Virus record (IMG/VR): IMGVR_UViG_3300017912_000876 | Location: 1 to 25,415 of that record | Length of the DNA: 25,415 nt | Origin: a virus | Taxonomy: Duplodnaviria; Caudoviricetes | Reading direction: 5' to 3' (one strand) | Part shown: piece after piece, positions 8,380 through 17,161 of the stretch | How positions within the stretch are numbered: the first letter of the stretch is position 1 | Layout of the letters: each line of letters begins with the position of its first letter | Notes under the pieces: model-generated | Seen by the model: only the letters and a program-made list of their open reading frames with translations | What the model was told of the DNA's origin: nothing | The model's database searches: none | Translations under genes and position numbers: made by a program

Positions 8380-8408
8380 TTGCAATTTACCTCGAAGTGT
8401 GGTATAAT
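8380..8408 (+). promoter_or_regulatory. Sigma70-type promoter
   Basis: TTGCAA-17 nt-TATAAT with extended -10 TG. Confidence 0.7.
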
Positions 8409-8442
8409 GTGACTAAATTAATCATGGAAGGATGTTGAACAA

Positions 8443-8631
8443 ATGTATAATCTCACAAAATCAGCACAAAACTTTTTCCTCAATATTGGTAGTATGTTTT
8501 CTAACAATTCTACTGATAAATCTGATGATGGTATCAAACTATTCTGCCAGAGCGAATATGGGGAAAATTGGTATTGGGCGTATAACTCATACAAAATTGA
8601 TGGTAGATTCCCAAATCCACTAGACAATTAA
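8443..8631 (+). CDS. Small hypothetical protein
   Basis: 62 aa downstream of its own promoter; EYGENWYWAY motif. Confidence 0.65.
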   Translation: MYNLTKSAQNFFLNIGSMFSNNSTDKSDDGIKLFCQSEYGENWYWAYNSYKIDGRFPNPLDN

Positions 8632-8634
8632 CCC

Positions 8635-8663
8635 TTGACAAGATCGTATATTCCTGATATAAT
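8635..8663 (+). promoter_or_regulatory. Consensus sigma70-type early promoter for primase
   Basis: TTGACA-17 nt-TATAAT with TG extension. Confidence 0.85.
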
Positions 8664-8672
8664 ATGCGTTCT

Positions 8673-9668
8673 ATGTCGACAATTGATATTCAATATATTA
8701 TGCAGGTTTCTCCTCGTTTAGAGGGCTTCAAAAAGAAATCTCAAAACCTATATAACTTTCGTTGTCCCTACTGCGGTGATTCCCAAAAGAAACGTAGTAA
8801 GGCACGAGGTTATTTCTATCGTGTAAAAAACGATATGTTCTTCAAGTGTCACAACTGTGGCGAAGGCAAGACTGTCGGTACATTCCTAAAAGACATAGAC
8901 AACGAGCTGTACAAACAATACACCGTAGATAGATACAAAGGCTCTGCTACATCTCACGTAGAAGAACCTAAGTTTGAGTTTAAACCTGTAACATTTGTTG
9001 ACAAGCCACTACGAGGGTTGAAATCATTTGATCAACTGAAAGAGCATCCTGCGTTTCAGATTATGGAACAAAGAAAGATACCAGAGGAGTTTTACTCTAA
9101 GTTGTATCTTGTCCCTAAGTTCTATTCATACGTGAATGAATTAATACCTAATAAGTTTCCTAAGATTGATAATGATCACCCTCGTATGTTGATACCTTTT
9201 TTTGATGAGAAAAATAAAATGTTTGCATTTCAAGGCAGGTCTTTCGGTTCTGAAATCCCTAAATACATAACGATCCGTTTAGATACTAAGCAGAAAAAGA
9301 TATTTGGTTTAGATCGTCTGAACAAGGATAAACATATATACATAGTAGAAGGTCCGATAGACAGTCTTTTTATCGATAACTGTATCGCTATGGCAGGTGC
9401 AGACCTAGAATTAGATTATAACAAAACTAATTGTACAGTTATCTTCGATAACGAACCAAGAAACACAGAAATATTAAAACGTATGAACAAAGTTATTACG
9501 AACGGATTCCCTATCTTTATTTGGCCGAGCGAAATAACAAACGAAAAAGATATTAACGATTTAGTATTATCTGGTTACAACAAACAAGCAATTAAGAAAC
9601 TCATCGATGACAATACCTATTCTGGTTTGTCAGCAAAACAACAATTTATTAACTGGAAAAAGAAGTAG
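8673..9668 (+). CDS. gp61: DNA primase (T4 gp61-like)
   Basis: Zn finger NFRCPYCGDS...CHNCG, FQGRS, TOPRIM VEGPIDSLF, FDNEPRN, KDINDL; start placed at ATG 8673 because ATG 8664 abuts the -10 box. Confidence 0.95.
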   Translation: MSTIDIQYIMQVSPRLEGFKKKSQNLYNFRCPYCGDSQKKRSKARGYFYRVKNDMFFKCHNCGEGKTVGTFLKDIDNELYKQYTVDRYKGSATSHVEEPKFEFKPVTFVDKPLRGLKSFDQLKEHPAFQIMEQRKIPEEFYSKLYLVPKFYSYVNELIPNKFPKIDNDHPRMLIPFFDEKNKMFAFQGRSFGSEIPKYITIRLDTKQKKIFGLDRLNKDKHIYIVEGPIDSLFIDNCIAMAGADLELDYNKTNCTVIFDNEPRNTEILKRMNKVITNGFPIFIWPSEITNEKDINDLVLSGYNKQAIKKLIDDNTYSGLSAKQQFINWKKK

Positions 9669-9679
9669 GAGACAAGTAA

Positions 9680-11998
9680 ATGACAACAGAGGATATTTAC
9701 GTTGTAAAACGAAATGGACGTGGAAAAGAAAAATTAGATATTAACAAGATACATGATATGATGCAACACGCATGTGAAGGCATCTCTGGTGTTTCTTCTT
9801 CTCAGGTACAGATGACTTCGGGTTTACAATTTGCTGATGGTATGTCTACAGATGACATTCAACAGATTTTAATTCGTTCAGCATCCGATCTTATTTCTTT
9901 AGAAAGTCCTAACTATCAATATGTTGCAGCTAGACTTCTTTTATTCAGTTTGAGAAAATCATTATTTGGTAGATTATGGGATCACCCTAAGTTATCAAAA
10001 CATATTGACGATGGTATTGAAGCAGGTGTGTATGATGCACAAATTAAAGAATGGTATTCTCAAAGTGAAATAGACAGAATGGATCAATGGGTAGACCATG
10101 AAAGAGATTTCTTATTTACATATGCTGGACTAAGACAAGTGTTCGACAAATATCTTGTACAGGATAGAAGTACAGGTAAGATATTTGAAACACCACAGTT
10201 CATGTATATTTTAATTGCGGCTACATTATTCGCACATTACCCAAAAGAAACAAGGATGAACTATGTTAAAAGATATTACAATGCTATTTCAAAGCATTTT
10301 ATCAATATTCCAACGCCTGTTATGGCTGGTGTACGAACTCCTCTCAAGCAGTATGCGTCTTGTGTATTGGTTGATATTGACGATACTCTTCCTAGTATCT
10401 TCAGCGGCGATATGGCTATTGGAAGATACATCGCTCAAAGAGCTGGAATCGGAATCAACTCGGGAAGGGTACGTGGAATCAATTCAAGGATCAGAGGTGG
10501 AGAGGTCCAACACACTGGTGTTATACCTTTTCTTAAAAAATTTGAGGCAACGGTTAAGTGTTGCACTCAAAATGGAGTAAGGGGTGGTAGCGCTACTGTT
10601 CATTTCCCTATTTGGCACCAAGAGATTGAAGACGTTATTGTTCTCAAAAATAATAAAGGTACTGAAGATAATAGGGTACGTAAACTTGATTACTCTATAC
10701 AGATGTCTAAACTATTTTATCAAAGGTTTATTAAGAATGAAGACATAACTTTATTCTCACCACATGAAGTTCCTGAACTGATGGATGCATGGGGTACACC
10801 TGAGTTTGATGAATTATACGAAGTTGCAGAAAGAAAAACAAGTGTAACTAAAAAGAAAATTAAAGCATATGATTTGTTTATGGATATTCTAAAAGAAAGA
10901 GCAGAGACAGGTCGTATCTATATTATGAACATGGATCATACCAATGATCATAGTTCATTTAAAGACAGAGTATGGATGTCAAACTTATGCCAAGAGATTA
11001 CACTACCAACTACACCAATTCAACATATCGATGGTGAAGGTGAGATTGCATTGTGTATTCTATCAGCAATTAATCTAGGTAAGATGTCTAGTAAAGAGAT
11101 GATGGAAGAATATTGCGATCTAGCAGTTAGAGGATTAGAAGAATTAATTGATCATCAAAACTATCCAGTTGAAGCTGCGAAAAGATCAACAGTTGCAAGA
11201 CGTTCATTAGGTATTGGTTATATTGGTCTAGCACACTTCTTAGCAAAGAATGGTTACAAATATAATGACCCCAAAGCATGGAAACTTGTTGATGAATATA
11301 CAGAAGCGTTTCAGTATTATCTATTGAAATCATCTAACGAAATCGCAAAAGAAAAAGGTCAGTGTGATCTATTCCATAGAACAAAATATGCTGATGGTAT
11401 TATGCCAATCGACACATATAAGAAAGAAGTTGATACAATCGTTAAAAGAAAACTATCAATGCCTTGGGATAAGTTAAGAAAAGAAATTAAAGAACATGGT
11501 CTCAGACACAGTACACTTACAGCACAAATGCCAAGTGAGAGTTCAAGTGTTGTATGTAATGAGACTAATGGTATTGAACCACCAAGAGATTATCTATCAG
11601 TTAAGAAATCAAAGAAAGGTCCATTGAAACAGATCGTTCCTAGTTTCCCACGTCTGAGAAATAACTATACACTATTGTGGGATATGCCTAGCAATGAAGG
11701 ATATATAAATATAGTCGCAGTAATGCAGAAATACTTTGATCAATCTATTTCTGGTAACTGGTCATATAATCCTGAGAACTATGAGAATAACGAAGTGCCG
11801 TTATCTGTCATGGCAAAGGACTTATTGACAACATATAAACTAGGTTGGAAGACAAGTTATTATCAAAATACATATGATGCGAAGAAAGATGTTGACGAAC
11901 CAGCACATCCAGTCGGATGGCACGATAACGTTCAAGAGCAAGGTGAAACTCCAACTGTAAAAGAAACCGAAGAAAATTGCGAGGCCTGTGCAATTTAA
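9680..11998 (+). CDS. nrdA: Ribonucleoside-diphosphate reductase class Ia alpha subunit
   Basis: ATP cone VVKRNG, ASCVL, SNLCQEI, TSYY, C-terminal CEAC; no intein or intron apparent. Confidence 0.97.
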   Translation: MTTEDIYVVKRNGRGKEKLDINKIHDMMQHACEGISGVSSSQVQMTSGLQFADGMSTDDIQQILIRSASDLISLESPNYQYVAARLLLFSLRKSLFGRLWDHPKLSKHIDDGIEAGVYDAQIKEWYSQSEIDRMDQWVDHERDFLFTYAGLRQVFDKYLVQDRSTGKIFETPQFMYILIAATLFAHYPKETRMNYVKRYYNAISKHFINIPTPVMAGVRTPLKQYASCVLVDIDDTLPSIFSGDMAIGRYIAQRAGIGINSGRVRGINSRIRGGEVQHTGVIPFLKKFEATVKCCTQNGVRGGSATVHFPIWHQEIEDVIVLKNNKGTEDNRVRKLDYSIQMSKLFYQRFIKNEDITLFSPHEVPELMDAWGTPEFDELYEVAERKTSVTKKKIKAYDLFMDILKERAETGRIYIMNMDHTNDHSSFKDRVWMSNLCQEITLPTTPIQHIDGEGEIALCILSAINLGKMSSKEMMEEYCDLAVRGLEELIDHQNYPVEAAKRSTVARRSLGIGYIGLAHFLAKNGYKYNDPKAWKLVDEYTEAFQYYLLKSSNEIAKEKGQCDLFHRTKYADGIMPIDTYKKEVDTIVKRKLSMPWDKLRKEIKEHGLRHSTLTAQMPSESSSVVCNETNGIEPPRDYLSVKKSKKGPLKQIVPSFPRLRNNYTLLWDMPSNEGYINIVAVMQKYFDQSISGNWSYNPENYENNEVPLSVMAKDLLTTYKLGWKTSYYQNTYDAKKDVDEPAHPVGWHDNVQEQGETPTVKETEENCEACAI

Positions 11999-12015
11999 GT
12001 AAGGAGGATACTCCA

Positions 12016-12159
12016 ATGAATTGGTTTAAGAGACTAATTGATTGGTTTGCTACAGTATATGCAGATGAAGAACCTAAGTTCAGACCAAAAAGAGTTTTTA
12101 TCATAAAAGGTAAGAAGTATTATTTAAGAAAGAGAAAGAGAGATATTACGACAAAATGA
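12016..12159 (+). CDS. Small basic protein between nrdA and nrdB
   Basis: Start reassigned to ATG 12016 (AAGGAGG RBS); 47 aa; ATGA overlap with nrdB. Confidence 0.65.
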   Translation: MNWFKRLIDWFATVYADEEPKFRPKRVFIIKGKKYYLRKRKRDITTK

Positions 12160-13256
12160 GTAGCGTATTTAATAGAAGTGAGGTTGACTTCACAAAACAA
12201 CCAATGTTTTTTGGTGAAGACCAAAATACCCAGCGATATGATCAATTCAAATATCCCATATTTGATAAATTGACACAACAACAATTAGGTTATTTTTGGA
12301 GACCAGAAGAAGTTTCATTACAAAAAGATAGAAACGATTTCTTATCTTTAAGAGATGAACAAAAACATATATTCACTTCTAATTTAAGATACCAAACTCT
12401 ACTAGATTCAGTACAAGGTAGAGGTCCAGCAATCGCATTTGTTCCATTCTGTTCGCTACCAGAGTTGGAAGGTTGTATGATTGCATGGGACTTTATTGAA
12501 ACTATTCATAGCAGATCGTATACATATATTATAAAGAACGTTTACCCGAACCCTGCTGATGTGTTTGATCACATTCTTAAAGACAAACATATCATTCAAA
12601 GAGCAGAAGCAGTAACGAAGACTTACGATGATTTAATCGAAGCAGGTCATCGTTATGCGTTAGACGGTAAAGGTTCTACGAAAGAACTGAAAAGAAAACT
12701 TTGGTTAGCAATGACCAATGTGAATATCTTAGAAGGTCTAAGATTCTATGTTTCTTTTGCTTGTACTTTCGCATTTGGTGAATTAAAATTAATGGAAGGT
12801 AGTGCTAAGATTGTATCATTTATTGCTAGAGATGAATCCCTACATCTACAAATTTCTCAACGTATAATTAATAACTATAGAGAATATGAAAAAGATAAAG
12901 AAATGTTAGAAGTTATCAAAGAAGAAAAACAAAGAGTAACCGATATGTATGCAGATGCAGTACAACAAGAAAAAGATTGGGCAAACTATTTGTTTAAAGA
13001 TGGTTCGATGATTGGACTAAATGATAAACTACTACATAACTTTGTAGAATTTATGGCAAACAAAAGAATGAAAGCAATTGGTTTAGATGCAATCTATGAT
13101 CAACCACAAAATCAGAATCCATTACCATGGACTGATCACTGGTTAAATAGTAGATCACTACAAAACGCACCACAAGAAACAGAGATTGAATCTTATGTTA
13201 TCGGTGGTTTGAAACAGGATGTTAAAGAAGATGCATTTAAGGACTTTGATTTATAA
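12156..13256 (+). CDS. nrdB: Ribonucleoside-diphosphate reductase class Ia beta subunit
   Basis: FWRPEEV, LLDSVQGR, ETIHSRSY (radical Tyr), LEGLRFYVSF, RDESLH, APQETEIESY. Confidence 0.97.
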   Translation: MSSVFNRSEVDFTKQPMFFGEDQNTQRYDQFKYPIFDKLTQQQLGYFWRPEEVSLQKDRNDFLSLRDEQKHIFTSNLRYQTLLDSVQGRGPAIAFVPFCSLPELEGCMIAWDFIETIHSRSYTYIIKNVYPNPADVFDHILKDKHIIQRAEAVTKTYDDLIEAGHRYALDGKGSTKELKRKLWLAMTNVNILEGLRFYVSFACTFAFGELKLMEGSAKIVSFIARDESLHLQISQRIINNYREYEKDKEMLEVIKEEKQRVTDMYADAVQQEKDWANYLFKDGSMIGLNDKLLHNFVEFMANKRMKAIGLDAIYDQPQNQNPLPWTDHWLNSRSLQNAPQETEIESYVIGGLKQDVKEDAFKDFDL

Positions 13257-13411
13257 TGCCTAAGATACACCACGAATGTGAAGAATGTTCGAATACGTAT
13301 GTCATTATCACTAAGGAAGAATGTGACATACGTTTCTGTCCTCACTGTGGTGAAGTAGTGCATTTAGATGAAGAAGAAGAAATTTGGACTAACCATGAAG
13401 AAGATGAGTAA
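13256..13411 (+). CDS. Small zinc-ribbon protein (not in ORF track)
   Basis: 51 aa, CEEC...FCPHCG with an acidic tail; TAATG coupling to nrdB. Confidence 0.75.
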   Translation: MPKIHHECEECSNTYVIITKEECDIRFCPHCGEVVHLDEEEEIWTNHEEDE

Positions 13412-13413
13412 TT

Positions 13414-13746
13414 ATGAAAACACAATCAGCGAAAGCAAAAGGTCGCAGACTACAAAAAGAATTTAGAAATCTTTTAATTGAAAAATTAAATATTCATCCA
13501 GAAGATATCGAAAGTAGATCGATGGGTGCAAGTGGTGAAGATTTAATTATGGCCAGAGCTGCAAGAGAAAAGTTTCCCTACAGTATTGAATGTAAGAACG
13601 TTGAAAAACTCAACGTATGGGATGCATATAAACAAGCAGAAGCAAATAAAGGAAAGTATGAACCTATAGTCGTAATGAAAAAGAATAATACAAAAGCATT
13701 GGTTGTTATTGATGCTGAGTATTTTGTGAATTTACATAATGAATAA
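13414..13746 (+). CDS. PD-(D/E)xK nuclease, Holliday junction resolvase-like
   Basis: KAKGRRLQ...SMGASGEDL...SIECKN motif order. Confidence 0.75.
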   Translation: MKTQSAKAKGRRLQKEFRNLLIEKLNIHPEDIESRSMGASGEDLIMARAAREKFPYSIECKNVEKLNVWDAYKQAEANKGKYEPIVVMKKNNTKALVVIDAEYFVNLHNE

Positions 13747-14404
13747 AACTTTTATAACTGGCGTAGATGAAAACCATGAATGGATGTTGAAGTGGTGGTA
13801 TAGAAATATTACCAAACATAATCCAGACGTGCATATAACCATCTGTGATTTTGGCATGTCACAGAAAGTTAGAACGTGGGCATATCAACACGCAGATCAT
13901 TTTATCGAATATTCCAAACATCCTAGGAACGCATGGTATCTAAAAACGCAAGTGCTTTTAGATTCACCATACGAATATACTTGTTGGTTAGATGCTGATA
14001 TAGAAGTATTAGGTAATATACAAGACGTATTTCAATATGCTCAACCTGGTAAGATAGGTCTAACAAAAGATTGGATTAGAAAATTTCACACAAACAAACA
14101 ATGGTGGGCAACAGGTTTTAATTTAATTAAAGGTCATTCTGATCTTTTATACGATTGGCATAGCATTTGTAAACGAGCCAAAGTTAGAGGTGATCAGGAG
14201 GCGTTGCAAGAATTAGTATTAAACAATCCTGTGAGAAACCAAGAGGTTATAGAACTACCACAAACATATCAGTGGTTAAGAATCTCTTTACAAAAAGGAT
14301 GGGATGATCCAAAGAAAAAGACAATTCATTGGACTGGTCCTGTCGGAAAGAAACATATTAAGGAGAAATTGATGCATGAAGACGATAACAATTTTAACGC
14401 CTAG
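13739..14404 (+). CDS. GT-A fold glycosyltransferase (GT8/GT77-like)
   Basis: WYLK, WLDADI (DxD), GDQEAL, IHWTG..K motifs. Confidence 0.75.
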   Translation: MNKTFITGVDENHEWMLKWWYRNITKHNPDVHITICDFGMSQKVRTWAYQHADHFIEYSKHPRNAWYLKTQVLLDSPYEYTCWLDADIEVLGNIQDVFQYAQPGKIGLTKDWIRKFHTNKQWWATGFNLIKGHSDLLYDWHSICKRAKVRGDQEALQELVLNNPVRNQEVIELPQTYQWLRISLQKGWDDPKKKTIHWTGPVGKKHIKEKLMHEDDNNFNA

Positions 14405-15095
14405 TCGTAACAGACCAAAACGACTTGACAATTTTATTCGATCTGTATATGACACAGCAGATCATCCAGAACGTATTCAAATATTAAATTATATAGACTT
14501 AGACGATCCATCAATTAAGGAATATAAAAAATTAGAAGATGATTATACATCCGAACTGTACGAGTTATTACATCTTAGAAATCTTTATGGTCCACCTATG
14601 TCAGTATCAAAGTCATGGAATGAGATTGCTAAATTATCTCTCGGTGACATTTTAATTATGGGTAATGATGACCAAGAATATCAAACTCAATATTGGGATA
14701 CAACACTAGAGGGTGAACTTAAAAAGTTTCCAGACGACATTTATTGTGCATGGTTTGAAGATAAAATCAACGGACCAAAACATTGTGCGTTTCCAATTAT
14801 TAGTAGAAAGTGGTATGACACTGTAGGTTACTTTGCACCTGGTGTATTTAACTTTGGTTACAATGACACTTGGGTATATGACATTGCTAAGAGAGTAGGT
14901 AGAACACACTTTATCGGAGATGTGGTTGTAGAACACAAACATTTTAGTCGAAATAAATCTGAATATGATGATACATATGCTAAGAATAGAACACAAGAGA
15001 AAGGTAATCTCTATGCGAAAGACAAGATTATCTTTGAACAAACAGAAAACAAAAGACAAGAAGACGCAGATAAATTAAAGGAGTTGATCAAATGA
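14376..15095 (+). CDS. Glycosyltransferase family 2-like
   Basis: TILTPSRNRP, IDLDD, WN..A....GDILIMGNDD, YNDTW motifs. Confidence 0.8.
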   Translation: MKTITILTPSRNRPKRLDNFIRSVYDTADHPERIQILNYIDLDDPSIKEYKKLEDDYTSELYELLHLRNLYGPPMSVSKSWNEIAKLSLGDILIMGNDDQEYQTQYWDTTLEGELKKFPDDIYCAWFEDKINGPKHCAFPIISRKWYDTVGYFAPGVFNFGYNDTWVYDIAKRVGRTHFIGDVVVEHKHFSRNKSEYDDTYAKNRTQEKGNLYAKDKIIFEQTENKRQEDADKLKELIK

Positions 15096-16330
15096 AAGTA
15101 GGATTTGTTGGCATGGGTAACTTGGGCAGAGAAGCTGCTGAAGTTATGGCCGAACATTATGATGTTATAGGATATGACATTAAAAAAGTAGAGACTACTG
15201 TTAAACTATCAAGTAGTTTACAACAAGCAGTAGATGATAGAGACATTGTATTTTGTGCTGTGCAAACACCACATGATTCAGACTATGACGGAAGATATCC
15301 GACTAGTCATTTACCACCAAAAGATTTTAATTATGACATTGCTATTAATGCAATTAAAGAGATTGACAAGTATGTAAAACCAGGAACAATGATTGCATTA
15401 ATCTCAACTTGTTTACCTGGCACTGTAAGAAATAAGATTGCACCATTAGTAAAGAATGGTCGATTTATTTACAATCCATATCTGATTGCTCAAACAACTG
15501 TCAAATGGGATATGAAGAATCCTGAGATGATTATTATTGGTACCGAAGATGGCACAGAGACAGGCGAGGCATTAGAGTTGTTTGAGTTCTATAAACCAAT
15601 CTGTGAAAGAAACACAAGAGTTGAAATTGGTACATGGGATGAAGCAGAAGCAATTAAGATTTTCTATAATACTTTTATCACTACAAAATTATGTCTTGTG
15701 AATATGATACAAGATTGTGCTATGAAAGTAGGTAACATGAATGTCGATGTGGTAACTACAGCATTGAAAGATTCCACAATGAGGATTATGGGACCAAGTT
15801 ATATGAAAGCAGGCTTAGGTGATGGTGGTGGATGTCACCCACGTGATAACATTGCACTCAGATGGCTGGCACAAGAATATGATTTTGGGTATGATATTTT
15901 TGATTCAATTGTACAAGTCAGAGAACTACAAGCAAAAGCAATGGCGAAGTTTATGGTAGAACAAAACGAGAACGAAATCGTCATTTTAGGCACTGGTTTT
16001 AAACCAAAAACTGATCAATTACATGGGTCTCCTTCAATACTTGTAGGGCATTATGCAGAGATAATGGGCCGAAAAGTACACTATACTAACGATATAAAGA
16101 ACGTAGAGCCGGACCTAGAGGGGTCGAAGTACACTTACCTCATAGGGCACTTTGATGGCACTTATGACGACTATAATTTCGCTTTAGACAGTACAATTAT
16201 CGATCCATGGCGTTCATTTAACGCAGATAAACGACCTGATTTAAATGTGATACATTACGGAAATACACGTAAAAAAGAGTATTCTGTATCAGAATTGTTG
16301 CAAAAAGGGTTCGAAGAAGAACAAAACTAG
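15092..16330 (+). CDS. UDP-glucose/GDP-mannose dehydrogenase family protein
   Basis: Rossmann GFVGMGNLG, VQTP, ISTCLPGT, YNPY, EAIKIFYNTF, catalytic GGGCHPRD, GTGFKP; exact substrate unknown. Confidence 0.9.
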   Translation: MKVGFVGMGNLGREAAEVMAEHYDVIGYDIKKVETTVKLSSSLQQAVDDRDIVFCAVQTPHDSDYDGRYPTSHLPPKDFNYDIAINAIKEIDKYVKPGTMIALISTCLPGTVRNKIAPLVKNGRFIYNPYLIAQTTVKWDMKNPEMIIIGTEDGTETGEALELFEFYKPICERNTRVEIGTWDEAEAIKIFYNTFITTKLCLVNMIQDCAMKVGNMNVDVVTTALKDSTMRIMGPSYMKAGLGDGGGCHPRDNIALRWLAQEYDFGYDIFDSIVQVRELQAKAMAKFMVEQNENEIVILGTGFKPKTDQLHGSPSILVGHYAEIMGRKVHYTNDIKNVEPDLEGSKYTYLIGHFDGTYDDYNFALDSTIIDPWRSFNADKRPDLNVIHYGNTRKKEYSVSELLQKGFEEEQN

Positions 16331-16333
16331 AAC
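16319..16333 (+). promoter_or_regulatory. Alphaproteobacterial LexA (SOS) box-like direct repeat
   Basis: GAAC-AAAACTA-GAAC (GAAC-N7-GAAC) at the gene end, about 85 nt upstream of a -35 element. Confidence 0.45.
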
Positions 16334-16338
16334 AAATA

Positions 16339-16364
16339 AGGGGTGTGCATATTGACGCACCCCT
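16339..16364. terminator. Stem-loop after the dehydrogenase gene
   Basis: AGGGGTGTG-CATATTGA-CGCACCCCT followed by AAAAA on +, i.e. no U tract on the + strand. Confidence 0.55.
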
Positions 16365-16417
16365 AAAAACCACTGAAAATACTAGGTTTTTTATTTAAAA
16401 AATAACCAAATTAACCA

Positions 16418-16446
16418 TTGACATTAGGCTCATTTCCTGTTAGATT
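16418..16446 (+). promoter_or_regulatory. Sigma70-type early promoter
   Basis: TTGACA-17 nt-TAGATT, TG extension, AT-rich UP element. Confidence 0.8.
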
Positions 16447-16452
16447 ATACGT

Positions 16453-16950
16453 ATGAGTTTGAGAAATCAAGTAAATAAGTCAATTATCAATGACGAGGTT
16501 ATGGATTACGAATACGAAATCCATGATGAACCAGAGGTTAATACTACTAACAATTTTCACGTAGTATATCAAAGAGAGTACGAAGATAGCGAAGACGTTT
16601 ACGAACCGTACTTTTTATCTACATTCACAGTTTTTAAAAACGTTCCTTTTTCTTACAAAAGATTACAAACAATTAGTAAGAAGTCAAAGGTTCTAAAACA
16701 GATACTAGATGCAGAGTATAAAGAAAAGTCTACCACGGCATCAAATTTCACTGGTAGAAGTAGAATTGCAGTTATCTATGATGACGAATATTATCAGACA
16801 TACGAAGATGTGTTTGGTGATTCCGCATGTGGCGACCAAAACTTTTACACTGATTACGGTCAACATAATCCGTTTATGAGAAGATATGACTTTAGGTCAT
16901 ATTGTCACACCCTACACAAAAACGTTGACAACAAGAGAACAATATGGTAA
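16453..16950 (+). CDS. Hypothetical early protein (probably leaderless)
   Basis: 165-aa acidic, Tyr-rich ORF starting 6 nt after the -10 box. Confidence 0.7.
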   Translation: MSLRNQVNKSIINDEVMDYEYEIHDEPEVNTTNNFHVVYQREYEDSEDVYEPYFLSTFTVFKNVPFSYKRLQTISKKSKVLKQILDAEYKEKSTTASNFTGRSRIAVIYDDEYYQTYEDVFGDSACGDQNFYTDYGQHNPFMRRYDFRSYCHTLHKNVDNKRTIW

Positions 16951-16953
16951 TAT
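16925..16953 (+). promoter_or_regulatory. Sigma70-type early promoter
   Basis: TTGACA-17 nt-TAATAT with TG extension, overlapping the end of the previous ORF. Confidence 0.65.
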
Positions 16954-16954
16954 A

Positions 16955-17161
16955 ATGATACAAGAACTTATGATTTTAGAACAAACAAAGAAACTAAAAG
17001 ACGCCGCAGAAGATTTAGAGAAACAAGACCAAATCAAGTGGCAGACAAAATTTGAATTGTTGTTAGGTGCAGTACAAGGTCTACACAACAAAGTTGAAAA
17101 TGATTTTAATGTTATGGAAGCACAAATGATTAAAGAGTATGGAGAGGAGAGTATACACTAA
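16955..17161 (+). CDS. Hypothetical protein
   Basis: Same frame as ORF 16886; likely start is ATG 16955 or 16970. Confidence 0.6.
   Translation: MIQELMILEQTKKLKDAAEDLEKQDQIKWQTKFELLLGAVQGLHNKVENDFNVMEAQMIKEYGEESIH

Noticed and set aside
8432-8623. Alternative + frame ORF overlapping 8443-8631
   Set aside because: The 8443 frame has a more protein-like motif and ends just before the next promoter; only one is likely real
10263-10580. 105-aa alternative-frame ORF inside nrdA
   Set aside because: Fully nested in a conserved nrdA region and nrdA is uninterrupted; no sign of an intron or homing endonuclease
11704-11711. TATAAATA inside nrdA
   Set aside because: Lies in coding sequence (YINI) about 300 nt from the next start; plausibly chance in AT-rich DNA
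9680-13256. Possible intein or intron in nrdA/nrdB
   Set aside because: Lengths of 772 and 366 aa are normal for class Ia and the motifs are contiguous
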